In this document: piece after piece, positions 26,376-39,852 of the stretch
Layout of the letters: each line of letters starts with the position of its first letter
Position numbering within the stretch: position 1 is the first letter of the stretch
From: Felis catus
Lineage: Eukaryota
Assembly (NCBI RefSeq): GCF_018350175.1
Contig: NC_058368.1
Coordinates: forward strand, 59,894,001-59,958,000
Direction of reading: 5' to 3'
Length of the DNA stretch: 64,000 nt
Program-made: the position numbers and the translations under genes
The notes under the pieces: model-generated
Database searches by the model: none
The model's input: the letters and a program-made list of their open reading frames with translations, nothing else
What the model was told of the DNA's origin: nothing

Positions 26376-27924
26376 GACCATAGGATGAGTGAAATCACAG
26401 AAGCCACAAGAGCCCACAAGGCCCAAACTCTGAGGAAGGATAAGCTTCCTTTCTGATTTGGTGATGCTATGGTCCAGGAGGTTGGGGCAACCCATTGCTG
26501 CTTTTTGCTTTTTAATTCTAGCACTTGGCCATGGATATTGGTATAGTGCTTTATAGTAACTAAAGCCCAGATTCCTAGACAAAAAAGATGGGGGGACCCC
26601 CAAAGGACCTGAAATTACTAATACAAGGAGGAAAGTGTGTGAGAAAGTGTCCTCTAAAGTTGTTTAAGAACTCCGGGTTTGCTCTTGAATTGGATGGAAA
26701 AAAAATAGACTATCTCAGCAAACAAATGAAATACACAAAGGAGAACCAAGTAGAAATATTATATGTAAAATATACAATAGATGAAATGAAAAATGCACAG
26801 ACAGACTCTGTAGCAGAATGCAAGTGATAGAGGAAAGAAAATATTCTTGGTGATCTATAGTAAATTAACAAAAGACTAAATATTCATGTAATATGAATTT
26901 CAGTATGACAAGAGAAAGAAGGTGGTGCTTACAAAATATTTACAAAATTAATGGGTAAATTTTTCCAAGTTCAGTAAAAGTTATAAAGTGACAGATTCAA
27001 AAATCTCAGACTATCTTGAACAAGATAAATCCAAAGAATGTGATTATCTGATACATAATAATAAACCTGCTGAAGATGAAGACAAAAACAAACAAACAAA
27101 ACAAAAACAAAAACAAATTCTGAAAGTAGCCAGAGTAAAATAACACAGCCTGAAAGGGAACAACAATATGAATCACTGTATATTTCTAATTAGAAACCAT
27201 GCAAGGTAGAAGAAATTGGAACATTTGTAAAGTATTGAAAGAAAATTCAACATCCAGTAGAAATATCCATCAACAATGAAAGTAAAATAGAGACATTTTC
27301 TGAGAAAATCTAAGAGAATTAATTACATGCAAATCTGCTTTAAAAGGACTGTTGCTAAAAGTTTCTTCAGACTGAAGGGACATAATGCCAGAGAGAAATT
27401 TAAGACCTTGCTAATGAAGGAAGATCTATGGAAATGGTAAATATTTGGATATATATGATTATTCATTTCTGAGTTTTTAAATAATTTATTTGATATATGG
27501 AAACAAAAATTATAACACTGATTTACTTTGTTTTCAATGCATGTATTTGTAATATATAAGAAAACTGTAATGTAAAGGGGCCTAGATGACAGTAAGTTTT
27601 CTATATTTCCCTTGAAATGGTAAAATGTTGGTTGTAAGTGGACTGTGATATTTGAGTAAGTATGTTATAATCTCTAAAGCAGCTACTAAAACAAACAAAC
27701 AAAAATTAGAGATAAAGTCAAAATTACATTACATATTTTTAAATGATTTTCTAAAAAAATTCAAGTGTCCCAAAAGTAAGTAGGAAAGAGGGGAAAATAT
27801 TAATAGAGGAGACAAGTAAAAACCAATTAAGAAAATTATATAACTAATTCCAAATATTATAATAATTATATACAAATGATATAAATACCAATGGTCTAAG
27901 TAACCCATAAAAAGATACTGTCAA

Positions 27925-28148
27925 GGGGCGCCTGGGTGGCACAGTCCGTTAAGCATCCGACTTCAGCCAGGTTGCGATCTCGCGGTCCGTGAGTTCGAGC
28001 CCCGCGTCGGGCTCTGGGCTGATGGCTCAGGGCCTGGAGCCTGTTTCCGATTCTGTGTCTCCCTCTCTCTCTGCCCCTCCCCCATTCATGCTCTGTCTCT
28101 CTCTGTCCCAAAAATAAATAAAAAACGTTGAAAAAAAAATTATAAAAA
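27925..28148 (+). mobile_element. Young SINEC_Fc
   Basis: CpG-rich; perfect 16-bp TSD aaaaagatactgtcaa at 27909-27924 and 28149-28164. Confidence 0.98.
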
Positions 28149-29170
28149 AAAAAGATACTGTCAAAATAGATGAACAATGATCAAACTATATGTTGGATAT
28201 AAGAAAATTATTCAAATAATGATATCAGTTGTTTAAAAATGAAAGAAAAAATACAGATAGACCCTATAAACACTAACAAAACAAAAATAAACTGGCTATA
28301 TTAATATCAAAGTAGAATAAGAGGAAAGGACATTACGAAGGATTAGTGGGACATTGTGTATTCATCAAGAAGACAAAATAATCCTAAATATTTATATGCC
28401 TAAAAACAGTTTCAAAATACATGAAGAAAAACTGGCAAAATTAAAAGGAGATTGTAGACAAATTGTAGACAAATTTACAGTTCTATGTAAGGTCTAAAAC
28501 AAAAATGCACAACTAGAGGGAGAGAAGAAGCCACATTATGGTGCAGAGACATGACTTGGAGAAGAAAAGGATCGTGGGTGCTGTAGGGGGGAGAGAGCCC
28601 TGGTCACACAGAGAGGAGAGAAGGAAAAAGGAATGCACAGGGGATTGCATGAAGAAAACAGTTCCCCAAAGACATTGACTAGAAAAATGAGAGGGACTGA
28701 TTTTCATGAAATGTTACCACAAGTGGGGCTCAAAGACTGGAATTTTAGAGGTCCACAGTGTGGCCCATGTGGAGCTCAGTGGGTGTTGCAGTGCTCCTAT
28801 GGAGAAGGATGGTAGAAAGCCCAAGAGCAGGTGGCAAAATCTGAGGTTCCTATGGGATGCACTGGGAGAGAAGATTCCCTTTTTTTGGATTGCTTCTGGG
28901 AGAGGTGGCATTGCCTTTCTGAGGACCAAAGAGTCAGGCAGAGCCATTACCCTCCCCCTCCCCTATCCCTAGCTTAGAAGCAGAGACACCTGTTGAGGGC
29001 AGCTAATTTGGACACTGGTTTTTTGCTTCACTTTACTCCCAAATCCACCCCATTTTGCTTTGATGCTGTTGCCCTTCTGGGACAAACCTGATCAGTCCCA
29101 ATGCAGTAAGACCCTCCCCCAGAGAACCAGTGCAATTTCCCACCATGCCAAATTCCTAAAGTTTGGAGTT

Positions 29171-29392
29171 TTATTTTTTTTATTTTTTTAATATTTATTT
29201 ATTTTTTGTGTGAAAGAGAGAGACAGAGTCTGAGCAGAGGAGGGGCAGAAAGAGAGGGAGACAGAATCCAAAGCAGGGTCTAGGTTCTAAGCTGTCAGCA
29301 TGGAGGCTGACAGGTGTCTTGAACTCATAAACAATAGGATCGTGACCTGCGTTGAAGTTGGATGCTTAACTGAGGGAGCCACCCAGGTGCCC
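29171..29392 (-). mobile_element. CanSINE in the L1 5'UTR
   Basis: Reverse CanSINE; TSD cctaaagtttggagtttta / cctaaagtttgaggttttta. Confidence 0.95.
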
Positions 29393-30673
29393 CTAAAGTT
29401 TGAGGTTTTAAAACTCGGCCAGCCTGCCTGGGGTAGAACACAGGTGCACTGCACTGCTGGGTGGGCAGATGGCCTGGACACAGTCACAGTTAAGGCAAGG
29501 ATCTGAAGGAAGCCTGGGACACATGAGAATGTATTCACCCTTTTAGGAGGGCTTCCTGGACAGCAGCAGGGGTGAATTCTCCTCTCTAAAAGAAGGGAAA
29601 ATGTTGGCACCATTTCTCTCCACTGCCCCTCAGCATAAACAAACTTTAGCAGCACAGTGCTAACAGTGATGGCCTAAACTGCTTATACAAAGCCCACCCT
29701 CATGCACTCTGCAGGTCCTGCTTTTCTAGGGCAAGCCTGCCTGAGAACCAGGCATCCTCCCCCAGGAGACCAGCACAAACTCCCTGCATGTACCACCACT
29801 ACTGATCATAGAGTTCAGGAAAGCTTCAGTTCTAGTGGAAATAGCATCAGGTCTCTTTCAACAAACAGACCAGAACACACCTAGTTAAAACTTGCCACAC
29901 TCTCACCAAGATCCAAACACTTCCCACTGCAGGCAAGGAGAAACTCTGCAAAGGACTGACCTGAGAGAAACAGCCAACACAGCAGCAGGGTGCACACTGC
30001 ATATACCAGAGACACTTCCATAAGTGCCCAGCTGCTACCTGGATAGTATATGATCTCTTCTTTATAAAGTCATTACTCTCAGAAGGAGAAAACATAATAG
30101 GCTTTCCTAACACATGGAAGAAGAAAGAGACCTAGGCAAAATACTAAGACAGGAATTCATCCCAAAGAGAGAACATCCTTGGTCATAGCCAGGGATCTAC
30201 TTGAAACAGATATAAGTAATATGTCTGATCCAGATTTAAAGCAACAATCATAAGGATACTAGCTGGACTTGGGAAAAGCATAGAAGACACTAGGGATCCC
30301 TTACAGCAGGGACAGAAAAACTAGTCACACCAAATTAAAGATGCTATCACTGAGATGTGAAACTTAATTGTGTAATGACCACAAGGATGGAAGAATCAGA
30401 GGAATGGATAAGTGATATAGAAGATAATATAGAAAATAAAGAAGATGAAAATAAGAGGGGAAAATATCAGATCATGAATGTATATTTAGGGAACTCAGCA
30501 ATTTCACAAAGGATAATAACATTCCAGCATAGGAGCCTCAGAAGAAGAGAGGGGAAAAGAGATAGAAAGTTTATTGGAGGAAATAATAGCTGAAAACTTC
30601 CCTAATCTGGGAAAGGAAGCAAACATCCAACTTCAGGAGGCACAAACAAAATCAACAAAAGTGGGCCAATGCC

Positions 30674-30771
30674 AGACATATCAAAGTTAAAATTGCAAAA
30701 TATAGAGATAAGGAAAAAAATCAAGACATATCAAAGTTAAAATTGCAAAATATAGAGATAAGGAAAAAATC
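30674..30771 (+). repeat. Near-perfect 50-bp tandem duplication inside L1 ORF1
   Basis: agacatatcaaagttaaaattgcaaaatatagagataaggaaaaaa(a)tc occurs twice. Confidence 0.95.
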
Positions 30772-33700
30772 CTAAAAGCAGCAAGACAAAAGAAGTCCAT
30801 AACTTACAAGGGAAGACAAAGTTAGCAGATCCCTGCACAAAATCTTGACAGGCCAGAAGGGAGTGGCATGATATATTCAGTGTGCTGAATGTGAAAAATA
30901 TGCAGACAAGATTACTCTATCCTGCAAGGCCATCATTCAGAATAGAAGGAGAGATACAGTTTCGCAGATGAACATAAACTAAGGGAGTTTGTGACCACTA
31001 AACCAGCCCTGAGGGAAATATTAGACTCTGAGTGGAAAAGACCAGAAGCAACAAAGACTGGAAAGGAACAGAGAAAATCTCCAGAAACACGACTTAACAA
31101 GTAATCCAATAGCACTAAATTTGTATCTATCAATAATCAATCTGTGCGTGGACTAAATGCTCTGATAAAAAGATATTGGATGTCAGAATGGACAAAAAAA
31201 CAAGACCCATATATATGCTTCTTACAAGAGACTCATTTTAGAACTAAAGACACCTGCAGATTGAAAATGAGAACATACAGAACCACTTGTCGTGCTAATG
31301 GACATCAAAAGAAAGCTGAAGTAGCCATATTTATATCAGAAAAACTAGATTTTAAACCAAATGAAGAAGGGCATTGTATCATACTAAAGAGATCTATCCA
31401 AAATCAAGACCTAACAACTGTAAATATTTATGCTCTCAACTTAAGAGCACCCAAATATATGAAACAAAAATAACAAACATAAAGGAACTCATTGATAATA
31501 ATACAATAATAGTAGGGAAATTTAACACTTCACTTACAACAGTGGACAGATCAGGTAAGCAGAAAATCAACAAGAAAACAATGGCTTTGAATGACGCACT
31601 GGACCAGATGGACTTATATAACAGATAGATATATTCCGAACAGTTCAGAATACACATTCTTTTCAAGTGTTCATGGAACATTCTCCAGAATAGATCCCTT
31701 ACTGGGTCACAAATCAGGCCTCAACTGATACAGAAAGATTGATATCCTATCATACATATTTTCAGATCGCAGCGCTATGAAACTTGAAGTCATTCACAAG
31801 AAGAAATTTTGAAAGACCACAAATACATGGAGGATAAAAAACATGCTACTAAAGAATGAATGGGTTAACTAGGAATTAAAGAATAAAAAAAATACATGGA
31901 AACAAATGATAATTATAATGATTCCTTCATAAAAGGGAAGACTATAGCTATATTTCTTGCTCAAGAAGCAAGAAAAATCTCAAATATGCAACCTAACCCT
32001 ACACCTAAAGGATCTAGAAAAAGCACAATAAATGAAGCCAAAAGCCAGCAGAAGAAGGGAAATAATAAATATGAGAGCAAAAATAAATGATAGAGAAACA
32101 AAAAAATACAGTAGAACAGATCAATGAAACAAGGAGTTGGTTATATAAAAGAATTAATAAAATTGACAAACCCTTAACCAGACTTATCAAAAAGAAAAGA
32201 TAAAGGATCTAAATAAATAAAATCAAGACTGAGAGAGGAGACATCACAACTAACACCACATAAATACAGAAAAAAATTATAAGAGAATATTATGAAAAAT
32301 TATATGCCAACAAATTGTACAATCTGGAAAGAGTAGATAAATTCCAGGAAACATATAAACTACCAAAACTGAAACAGGAAGAAATAGAAAACTTGAACAT
32401 ACAAATAACCAGTAAAGAAATTGAATCAGTAATCAAAAATCTCCCAAAAAACAAATGTCCAGGGCCAGATGGCTTCGAAGACAATTCTACCAAATATTTA
32501 AAGAAGAATGAATGCTATTTTCAAACTCTTCCAAAAAATAGAAATGGAAAGAAAACTTCCAAACTCATTCTGTGAGGCCAGCATTACCTTGATCCCCAAA
32601 TCAGACAAAGACCCCAGTATAAAAGAATTACCGGCCAATATCCCTGAAGAACATAGATGTAAAAATTGTTAACGAAATACTGGCAAATTGACTCCAATAG
32701 TGCTATAAGAATCATTCACAACAAAGTGGGATTTATTCCTGGCTGTAATATGGAAACAGCATATTAATAAAAGAAAGGAGAAGAACCTCTCAATAGAAGC
32801 AGAAAAGACATTTAACAAAGTGTAGAATCCATTCTTGATAGTAACCCTAAACAAAGTAGAGATAAAGGAAATATACCTCTACACCATAAAGACCATATAT
32901 GAAAGACCCACAGCTAATTATCATCCTCAGTGGGAAAACAGAGCTTTTCCTCTATGGTCAGGAACATGACAGGGATATTCACTCTGATAATTGTTATTTA
33001 ACATAGAACTGGAAGTCCTAGCCTCAGCAATCAGAAACAAAAAGAAATAAAAGTCATCTTAATAAGCAAAAAAGGAAGCCAAACTTTCACTCTTCACAGA
33101 TGACATGGTACTCTCTGTAGAAAACCCAAAAGACTGCACTAAAAAATTGCTAGAACTGATACACAAATTCAGTAAAGCTTCAGTATACAAAATCATTGTG
33201 CAGAAATCTGTTGCATTTCTATACACCAATAATGAAGTAGCAGAAAGAGAAATCAAGAAATTGATCCTATTTACAATTACACCAAAAAACATATGATACT
33301 TAGGAATAAACCTAACCAAAGAGTAAAAGATCTGTATTCTGAAAACTATATAAAACTTATGAAAGAAATTGAAGGTGACACAAAGAAATGGAAAATCATC
33401 CCATGCTCATGGGTTGGAAGAACAAATATTATCAAAATGTATATACTGCCCAAAGCCATCTACACATTTACTGCAATCCCTATGAAAATACCACCAGCAC
33501 TTTTCACAGAGCTAGAATAAATGATCCTAAAATTTGTATGGAACCACAAAAGACCCCCTAACAGTCAAAGCAATCTTGAAAAAGAAAAGCAAACATGGAA
33601 GCCTCACAATTCCGAACTTCAAGATATATTACAAAGTTGTAGTCATCAAGACAGTATGGTACTGGTACAAAAACAGACACATAGATCAATAAAAAAGAAT

Positions 33701-33794
33701 AGAAAACCCAAAAATGGAATCACAACTATATGGTCAACTAGTCTTCAACAAAGCAGGAAGGAATATCCAATGGAAAAAAAGACAGTCTCTTCAA

Positions 33795-33994
33795 CGTTTA
33801 TTTATTTTTGGGACAGAGAGAGACAGAGCATGAACGGGGGAGGGGCAGAGAGAGAGGGAGACACAGAATCAGAAACAGGCTCCAGGCTCTGAGCCATCAG
33901 CCCAGAGCCCGACGCGGGGCTCGAACTCACGGACCGCGAGATCGTGACCTGGCTGAAGTCGGACGCTTAACCGACTGCGCCACCCAGGCGCCCC
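33795..33994 (-). mobile_element. Young SINEC_Fc lacking a poly(A) tail, inserted in L1 ORF2
   Basis: Near-consensus CpG-rich body; perfect 18-bp direct repeat aaaagacagtctcttcaa at 33777-33794 and 33995-34012. Confidence 0.98.
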
Positions 33995-35309
33995 AAAAGA
34001 CAGTCTCTTCAATAAATGTTGTTGGGAAAACTGGACAGCAAAATGCAGAAGAATGAAACTAGACCACTTTCTTACACTGTACACAAAAGAAATCCAAAAT
34101 ATATGAAAGGCCTAAATGTGAGACAGAAATCCATCAAAATCCTAGAGGAGAACACAGGATCAACTTTTTGACCTCATTCATCAACTTCTTACTTGACATG
34201 TCTCCAAAGGCAAGGGAAACAAAAGCAAAAATGAACCATTGGGATTTCATCAAGATAAAAAGGTTCTGTACAGTGAAGGAAACAATTAACAAAACTAAAA
34301 GGAACATTTTGGAATGTGGAATATATTTACAAATGACATACCTGATAAAGGGGTAGTATTCAAAATCTGTTAAAAAACTTATCAAATTCAACACTCCAAA
34401 CCAAATAATCCAGTTTGAAAATGGGCGGAAGACATGAATAGACCTTTTTCCAAAGAAAACATACAGATGATTAACAGACACATGAAAAGATGCTCAACAT
34501 CATTTATCATCAGGGAAATACAAATCAAAACTACAATGACATTATCATCTCACATTTGTCAAAATGACTTAAATTAACAGCAAAGGAAACAATAAGTGTT
34601 GGGGAGGATGTGGAGAATGGGGCATACCTTCTTACACTGTGCAAATTCAAATTGGTGCAACCACTCTGGAACACAGTATGGAGATTTCTCAAAAAGCTAA
34701 AAATAGAACTACCCTATGATTCAGCAACCACATTACCTGGTATTTACCCAAAATATAGAAAAATACTAATTCAAAGGGATGCATGCACCCCAATGTTTAT
34801 AGCACCATTATCAACAATAACCAAATTATGGAAGGAGCCCAACTATCCATTTACTGATGAATGGATAAAGAATATGTGGTATATATTACCACACTGGAAT
34901 ATTACTCAACCATAAAAAAGCATGGGATCTTGCCATTTGCAAGGACATGAATGGAACTAGAGTGTATTATGCTAAGTGAAATAAGTCAGAGAAAAATGAA
35001 CACCATATTATTTCACTCATGTGGAATTTAAGAAACAAAATAGATTAACATAGGGGAAAAAAGAGAGGGGCAACCCATAAAATAGACTGTTAACTATAAA
35101 GAACAAACTGAGGGTTACTAGAGGGGAGATGGGCAGAGTGATGGACTAAATGGGTGATGGATATTAAGGAAGGCACTTGTTGTGATGAGTACTGAATGTT
35201 ATATGTACATAATGAATCACTAAATTCTACTCCCGAAATTAACATTACAATGTGTTAACTGATTGGAATTTAAAGAAAAACTTGAATTAAAAACAAGCAT
35301 CTGGAAAAA

Positions 35310-35480
35310 TTAGGGACTTCAATATTTTTCAATAATACATAAAACTATTAAACATAAAATTGATATGGATATGGAAGTAATGAGCTTCATCAATCAACTG
35401 TCTTTTATCAACATTTCAGAACACTCTACACCAAAACAGCAGAATTCGTTTTTTTAAGAGCATATTAAATACTCACAAAA
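35310..35480 (+). mobile_element. Resumption of the old L1M endonuclease region after the nested L1
   Basis: gggacttcaata...atcaatcaactg...cagaacactctacaccaaaacagcagaatt corresponds to GDFN...INQL...RTLHP-TAEY. Confidence 0.75.
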
Positions 35481-36419
35481 TGCAATCATTTTGTCCTATT
35501 CTGGTATATTAATATACTATTCCTTATTGCCTTAAAAAATAAAGCAGAGAATGAGTCAACCATTGCCTACTACAAAATTAATCTCTTTACCTTCATTGTA
35601 AATGTCATGTGCTTATATCCCTTAACTTGATGAATGTATTCAATATATTAGTGGCTTAAGCAGGCTTGTATTTAAGGCCCCCAAATCTGTTTTGTTGAGT
35701 CTTAAATTTCAATTCAAAAAAAAATTGTAAGCTCCAGAAGAAAAGGAGAAAGGAAGAAAGTAATAGAAAATTTCCCTTAATAGCTAGCAGCCAATTAAGT
35801 CCCAGACAGAATAACACCAGTAATCAGCTCTGAATCCAAATAAGATTTTTATGTGATATATGGTGATATTTCCATTCACTGGATAACATAACTCTCTAAT
35901 CTATGGGGGGTATACTTTGTCAATCAAACTTACTCTATCAGCATAATATTCTGAGGGTCCTATTCCCAAGGAACAATAGTACAACACTCTTTAAGGATAC
36001 GTACGTAATCAATATTTTAATGCCAAACTCATGTACAAGCTGAGCTGAGGATTTTATCATGAACTTCTATTAGAATTTTTCGATGGCATTGAAATAATAG
36101 ACCAGTATGCCCAAGTCCAATTTGGTAAGAAAGAACAAGAGTACTGGCATCAGTTCTCCACTCTGTACCTTAAGGCCCACATTTTGAAACTTGTTTACAC
36201 TGAACGACAATAACTGGACATATTTGTAGTTCAACAATAGACTTATACCTGAGTTTTTATTTAAATATATGAAGAATGTGTACATATGTATTTCTTTTGA
36301 ATGACAGAAACATTCAATTGTTTAAATGTTTTCTATGTAAAGTAGAGCCTTGAAATCTGCACAGCAGGATCAATAGCATCTATTATGGAATACTATTATT
36401 AAAAAGTGGTTTCTCTTTC

Positions 36420-36621
36420 TTTTAAGTTCATTTACTTATTTTGAAAGAGAGAGTAGAGAAATGGGCAGAGAGAGAGGGAGAAAGAGAATTCCACACAGGC
36501 TCCATGCTGTCAGCGCAGAGCTTGACATAGGGCTGGATCCCTATCCCAGGAACAGTGAGATCATGACCTGAGCCGAAATTAAGAATCAGATGCTTAACCA
36601 ACTGAGCCAGTTGGGTGCCCC
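36420..36621 (-). mobile_element. CanSINE
   Basis: Reverse CanSINE head, GA tract and T tail. Confidence 0.94.
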
Positions 36622-36887
36622 TCTATGGTTTTACTTAAAAGATATCTGCCTAAGTCATTTACTGTATATGGTCTCTGAAATGAGGGCCTAGATTAGATAT
36701 GATCTGTTTTGCTTTTTGATTCTCTGTTTCCAGATCATGGAGGCATAAAGATTTTAGTTGGTAATGGAAATATGACTGATGCTTTATTCAAACTTTGAAG
36801 GATGCCTAATTAAATGGAGGGTAATTTATATATAGAAGGATAGAGGGCAAGAAGGCCAGAAATGTAAAGTGTGCCAAAGAAACAGAA

Positions 36888-37088
36888 GTTGTAAAGTAGA
36901 GCCAGCTGGTACCTGCTCACAAGTACTGTTTATGTACATCTATTAGCAACAACTCCATGTTTGGTGATGTCACATGCGTAGCAATGGTAGAAGCACTTAC
37001 AGTAGAGAAAAAGACAATAATTACAAGTCAGCCTCCCCCTTCACTCCCACCTCAACCCCACAATCAATTTGTCAAACCATTGGTTACA
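36888..37088. mobile_element. MER63-like hAT DNA transposon relic
   Basis: gtacatctattagcaacaactccatgtttggtgatgtcacat...atggtagaagcacttaca...tacaagtcag resembles the recalled MER63 consensus. Confidence 0.6.
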
Positions 37089-39091
37089 GATGTCTCACAT
37101 TTTTTATTTGACAGTTTGGACAATATTTGATAGACAGTGGATAAAATAGGAAAAGTTTATAGTGTAGAAACTTAACCATAAGATTTTCTAGGGATGAATG
37201 AGAGTTGTTAAGAAATTTGAGGCAGAGGGCAGTGTAGTGGTTTTAGCAATATCCTAAATAAGAATTTTTAAGTCTCTCAGAGTGGCGGTAGGGGTGTGGA
37301 CTGAAGACAGCTTCACAGATATGTGTGTAGGTGAATATTAAGGAAGGCCTATGGATACACATACAAGTTAAGTCTAAGGAGTTTTTATCTTAACATATTC
37401 AGGAAAATCGGGAGGAAAGTGATATAATTCACAATGAAATACACATGAGTAAATAGATACAAAATCACACAGAACAGAGTAGTTATGATGTACTCTTTTT
37501 TTCTTTACCTTCATTCCAGAAAGCTTGGATTGGCTCAAATCATACCCAGGCATGTGGTCTACTCTGTTAACGTTATCAGAGCATAGCACCTGAAGGGACC
37601 AAAAAACCCGTAATTTTTCCTAAGAAGAAAATTAGAGAATTACAAGACATAATGCACACAGAATCTCTAAAAATGTTTCTATATTCTTAGTAAAAATTAA
37701 AAACTAAATGTAATCAAGCAATTGTTTGAAGATTTAGCCAAAATTCTTACTTTACTTCATCCTTCCAGGAGACCAAAAGGAAAATTCTGATTTTACTGTA
37801 TGAAATTATATGTGCTTTAATTTGCAATAGTTTTTTATTCTGTTGGAATAGGCAGTTCTAAAATAGATCTTTTCTCTCCTTCCCATTAAAATGTCAGATC
37901 ATAGTACTCCAGACCCAGCCTCTTCCAAAGACCTTTTTGCCAAGCTGACTGCTCAGAATCAAATGTTTCAGGAAACATTTTTTGACCCTGTTCCAAAACC
38001 TGCAGCCATTTTCCCCTTAGGAGCCATGTTCCTATTTTGTGGTCAATAGTTTAATGATCTTTCTATAAGATGTGAATATTTTGCTTCTGTGGATTTCTTG
38101 AACGCAAAAGAAGAGGTCACAGATGGTGAATACCGCAGAGATCACATTGCTTTTACAACTTCACGGAAAGCATGTTGGGGAAAACCAGTAAAAAGAAAGC
38201 TCTTTGAAAGCACTGTGCGCTACTGTAAATATCTTGCTTACTTCCAATGACATAAAAGCCTTGGACATTTGTTACTTCTGTAACACTTTTTTCAAATTCC
38301 TGAAAATAAAAATATCCATAATCACAATTGTGTTTAAATCAGTAACAATCAGATAGATAAGGATAACTATTTAAACTGGGATATCCCCCAAATATTTCAT
38401 AGACTAATTTACATATATCCACATATATCGCCAGAATCCTTAAAGACAAACATTGTGAAAAACAGAAGCATACTTGGAGATTCACTCTTTTACGTTGCTG
38501 ATTGTAACTCATCTCAGTTAAAGTTCAATTTTCAAAATATGTGCTGATAACTCCCTGTACAACATCTCCATTGTCTATAAAAAGCAGATTCAGAAAACTT
38601 TAAAAATTTTAGTTTAAGAGAAAATATTAATTAGAAATAAAACATCTATAATATGTTGAAACTCACCCTTTACAGTAGCCAATGCTGCAGCATGGACTGA
38701 TTAACCAGGTGATTAAACCTGAAATTAACCTTGTGTTTATTTAAGATAAAATATAAATTTTAATTATTTCTAAGTGTGCCATTTCATGAATATATTTGGG
38801 AAATATCATTCTCCTCACACATACAATCATATGTAAGCAACTTTAGGGATTCAGTACACTAAAATAAATGCTTTGCCAGATAGGTTCAGTCAGTGAAGGA
38901 AAGATAAATCAAATCCAGAGGTGTCTTAGAAGGGAAGACATTATTCGGCTGTACAAGAGATCTACATTTGCTATTGAAATTATCGTATTAACACAATTGA
39001 CACTGTGGCCACTCTCTGTCTTCCTGTTGTGTCTTATTGTTCACTTCCTAGGAGAACTCAGTTTCCTATCTGTAAATATCAGGTATTTTCT

Positions 39092-39299
39092 GGGGCGCCT
39101 GGAGGCTCACTAGGTTGAGCTTCCGACTTCAGCCTGGGTCATGATCTCATGGTTTGTGAGTTCAAGTCCTGCGTTGGACTCTGTGCTGACAGCTCGGAGC
39201 TTGGACCTGGAGCCTGCTTTGGATTCTGTGTCTCCCTCTCTCTTTGCACCTCTCCCACTCATGCTCTGTCTGCGTCTCTCTCAAAATTAACATAAAAAA
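39092..39299 (+). mobile_element. CanSINE
   Basis: ggggcgcctggaggctc head, CT tract and short A tail. Confidence 0.95.
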
Positions 39300-39359
39300 T
39301 ATATACTATGTTCAAAAGGAAAATTTTTAAAGTATTTCCTTCCAAAAACGAAACAAATC

Positions 39360-39795
39360 AAAACTTTCCCTTCAAAATTTCTCACCTCAAATGAATTCCA
39401 TTACTCCATTTACTTAGGACAAAATTCATTCTTGGCTCTACTTTTCCTCTCCCATCCCATTACCAGTATAAGACATCTATTAAGTCCTATGGGAGGTTTC
39501 TTTGAAATAGATGTAACTTCTAACAGTCATCAGTATCTCTATTGCTGCCCTTTAAGCTATTAAACTTTCTTATTTGGACCACTTTAATAATCTACTAATT
39601 GATGTCTCTACTTCCATGAAGTCAAAGTGATCTATGGTCTTAAAACCCTGCAAGGTCTGTATCAAAATGAATGTCTTCACCATGGTATACACATACTCAC
39701 GTTATTTGGTTCCTTGCTTTTTCTGTTACCTTCTGTTCCATCTTTTTTACCCACATTCATTCAATTGTAGCCCTACTAGTATAATTACTGACTTT

Positions 39796-39852
<57 letters not shown>

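Larger units (their letters stand above)
25960..28490 (+). mobile_element. Old L1M element (5'UTR, ORF1, start of ORF2); continues at 35310-35480 beyond the nested L1
   Basis: 5' motif ttctggttccagatagatggagtaag; ORF1-like peptide KYTKENQVEILYVKYTIDEMKN; endonuclease start (aatggtctaagtaaccca...ataatcctaaatatttatatgcct). Confidence 0.75.
28516..35294 (+). mobile_element. Full-length, inactivated carnivore LINE-1 (5'UTR to about 30140, ORF1 about 30140-31050, ORF2 about 31110-35000, 3'UTR)
   Basis: ORF2 peptides in order: ICFLQETHFR (endonuclease), [21 protein letters not shown] motif as F-T-D-D-M at about 33093, [32 protein letters not shown]; numerous frameshifts and stops; two SINE insertions. 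Confidence 0.97.

Noticed and set aside
25907..26524. Longest ORF in the track (205 aa, minus strand)
   Set aside because: It lies antisense across an old L1M 5' region and an inserted L1 3' tail, with no recognisable protein features; a chance ORF
33808..34084. ORFs such as MGQRETEHERGRGRERG... (similar ones at 27896, 57238, 62990)
   Set aside because: Translations of CanSINE sequence
31144..34915. L1 ORF2 fragments as a functional retrotransposase
   Set aside because: Broken into many short frames by stops, frameshifts, deletions and a SINE insertion
38070..38250. About 59-codon open frame after tttctataag (CEYFASVDFLNAKEEV...)
   Set aside because: No convincing donor, splicing to exon A would create TGA, and the 3' part resembles a MIR-like tail
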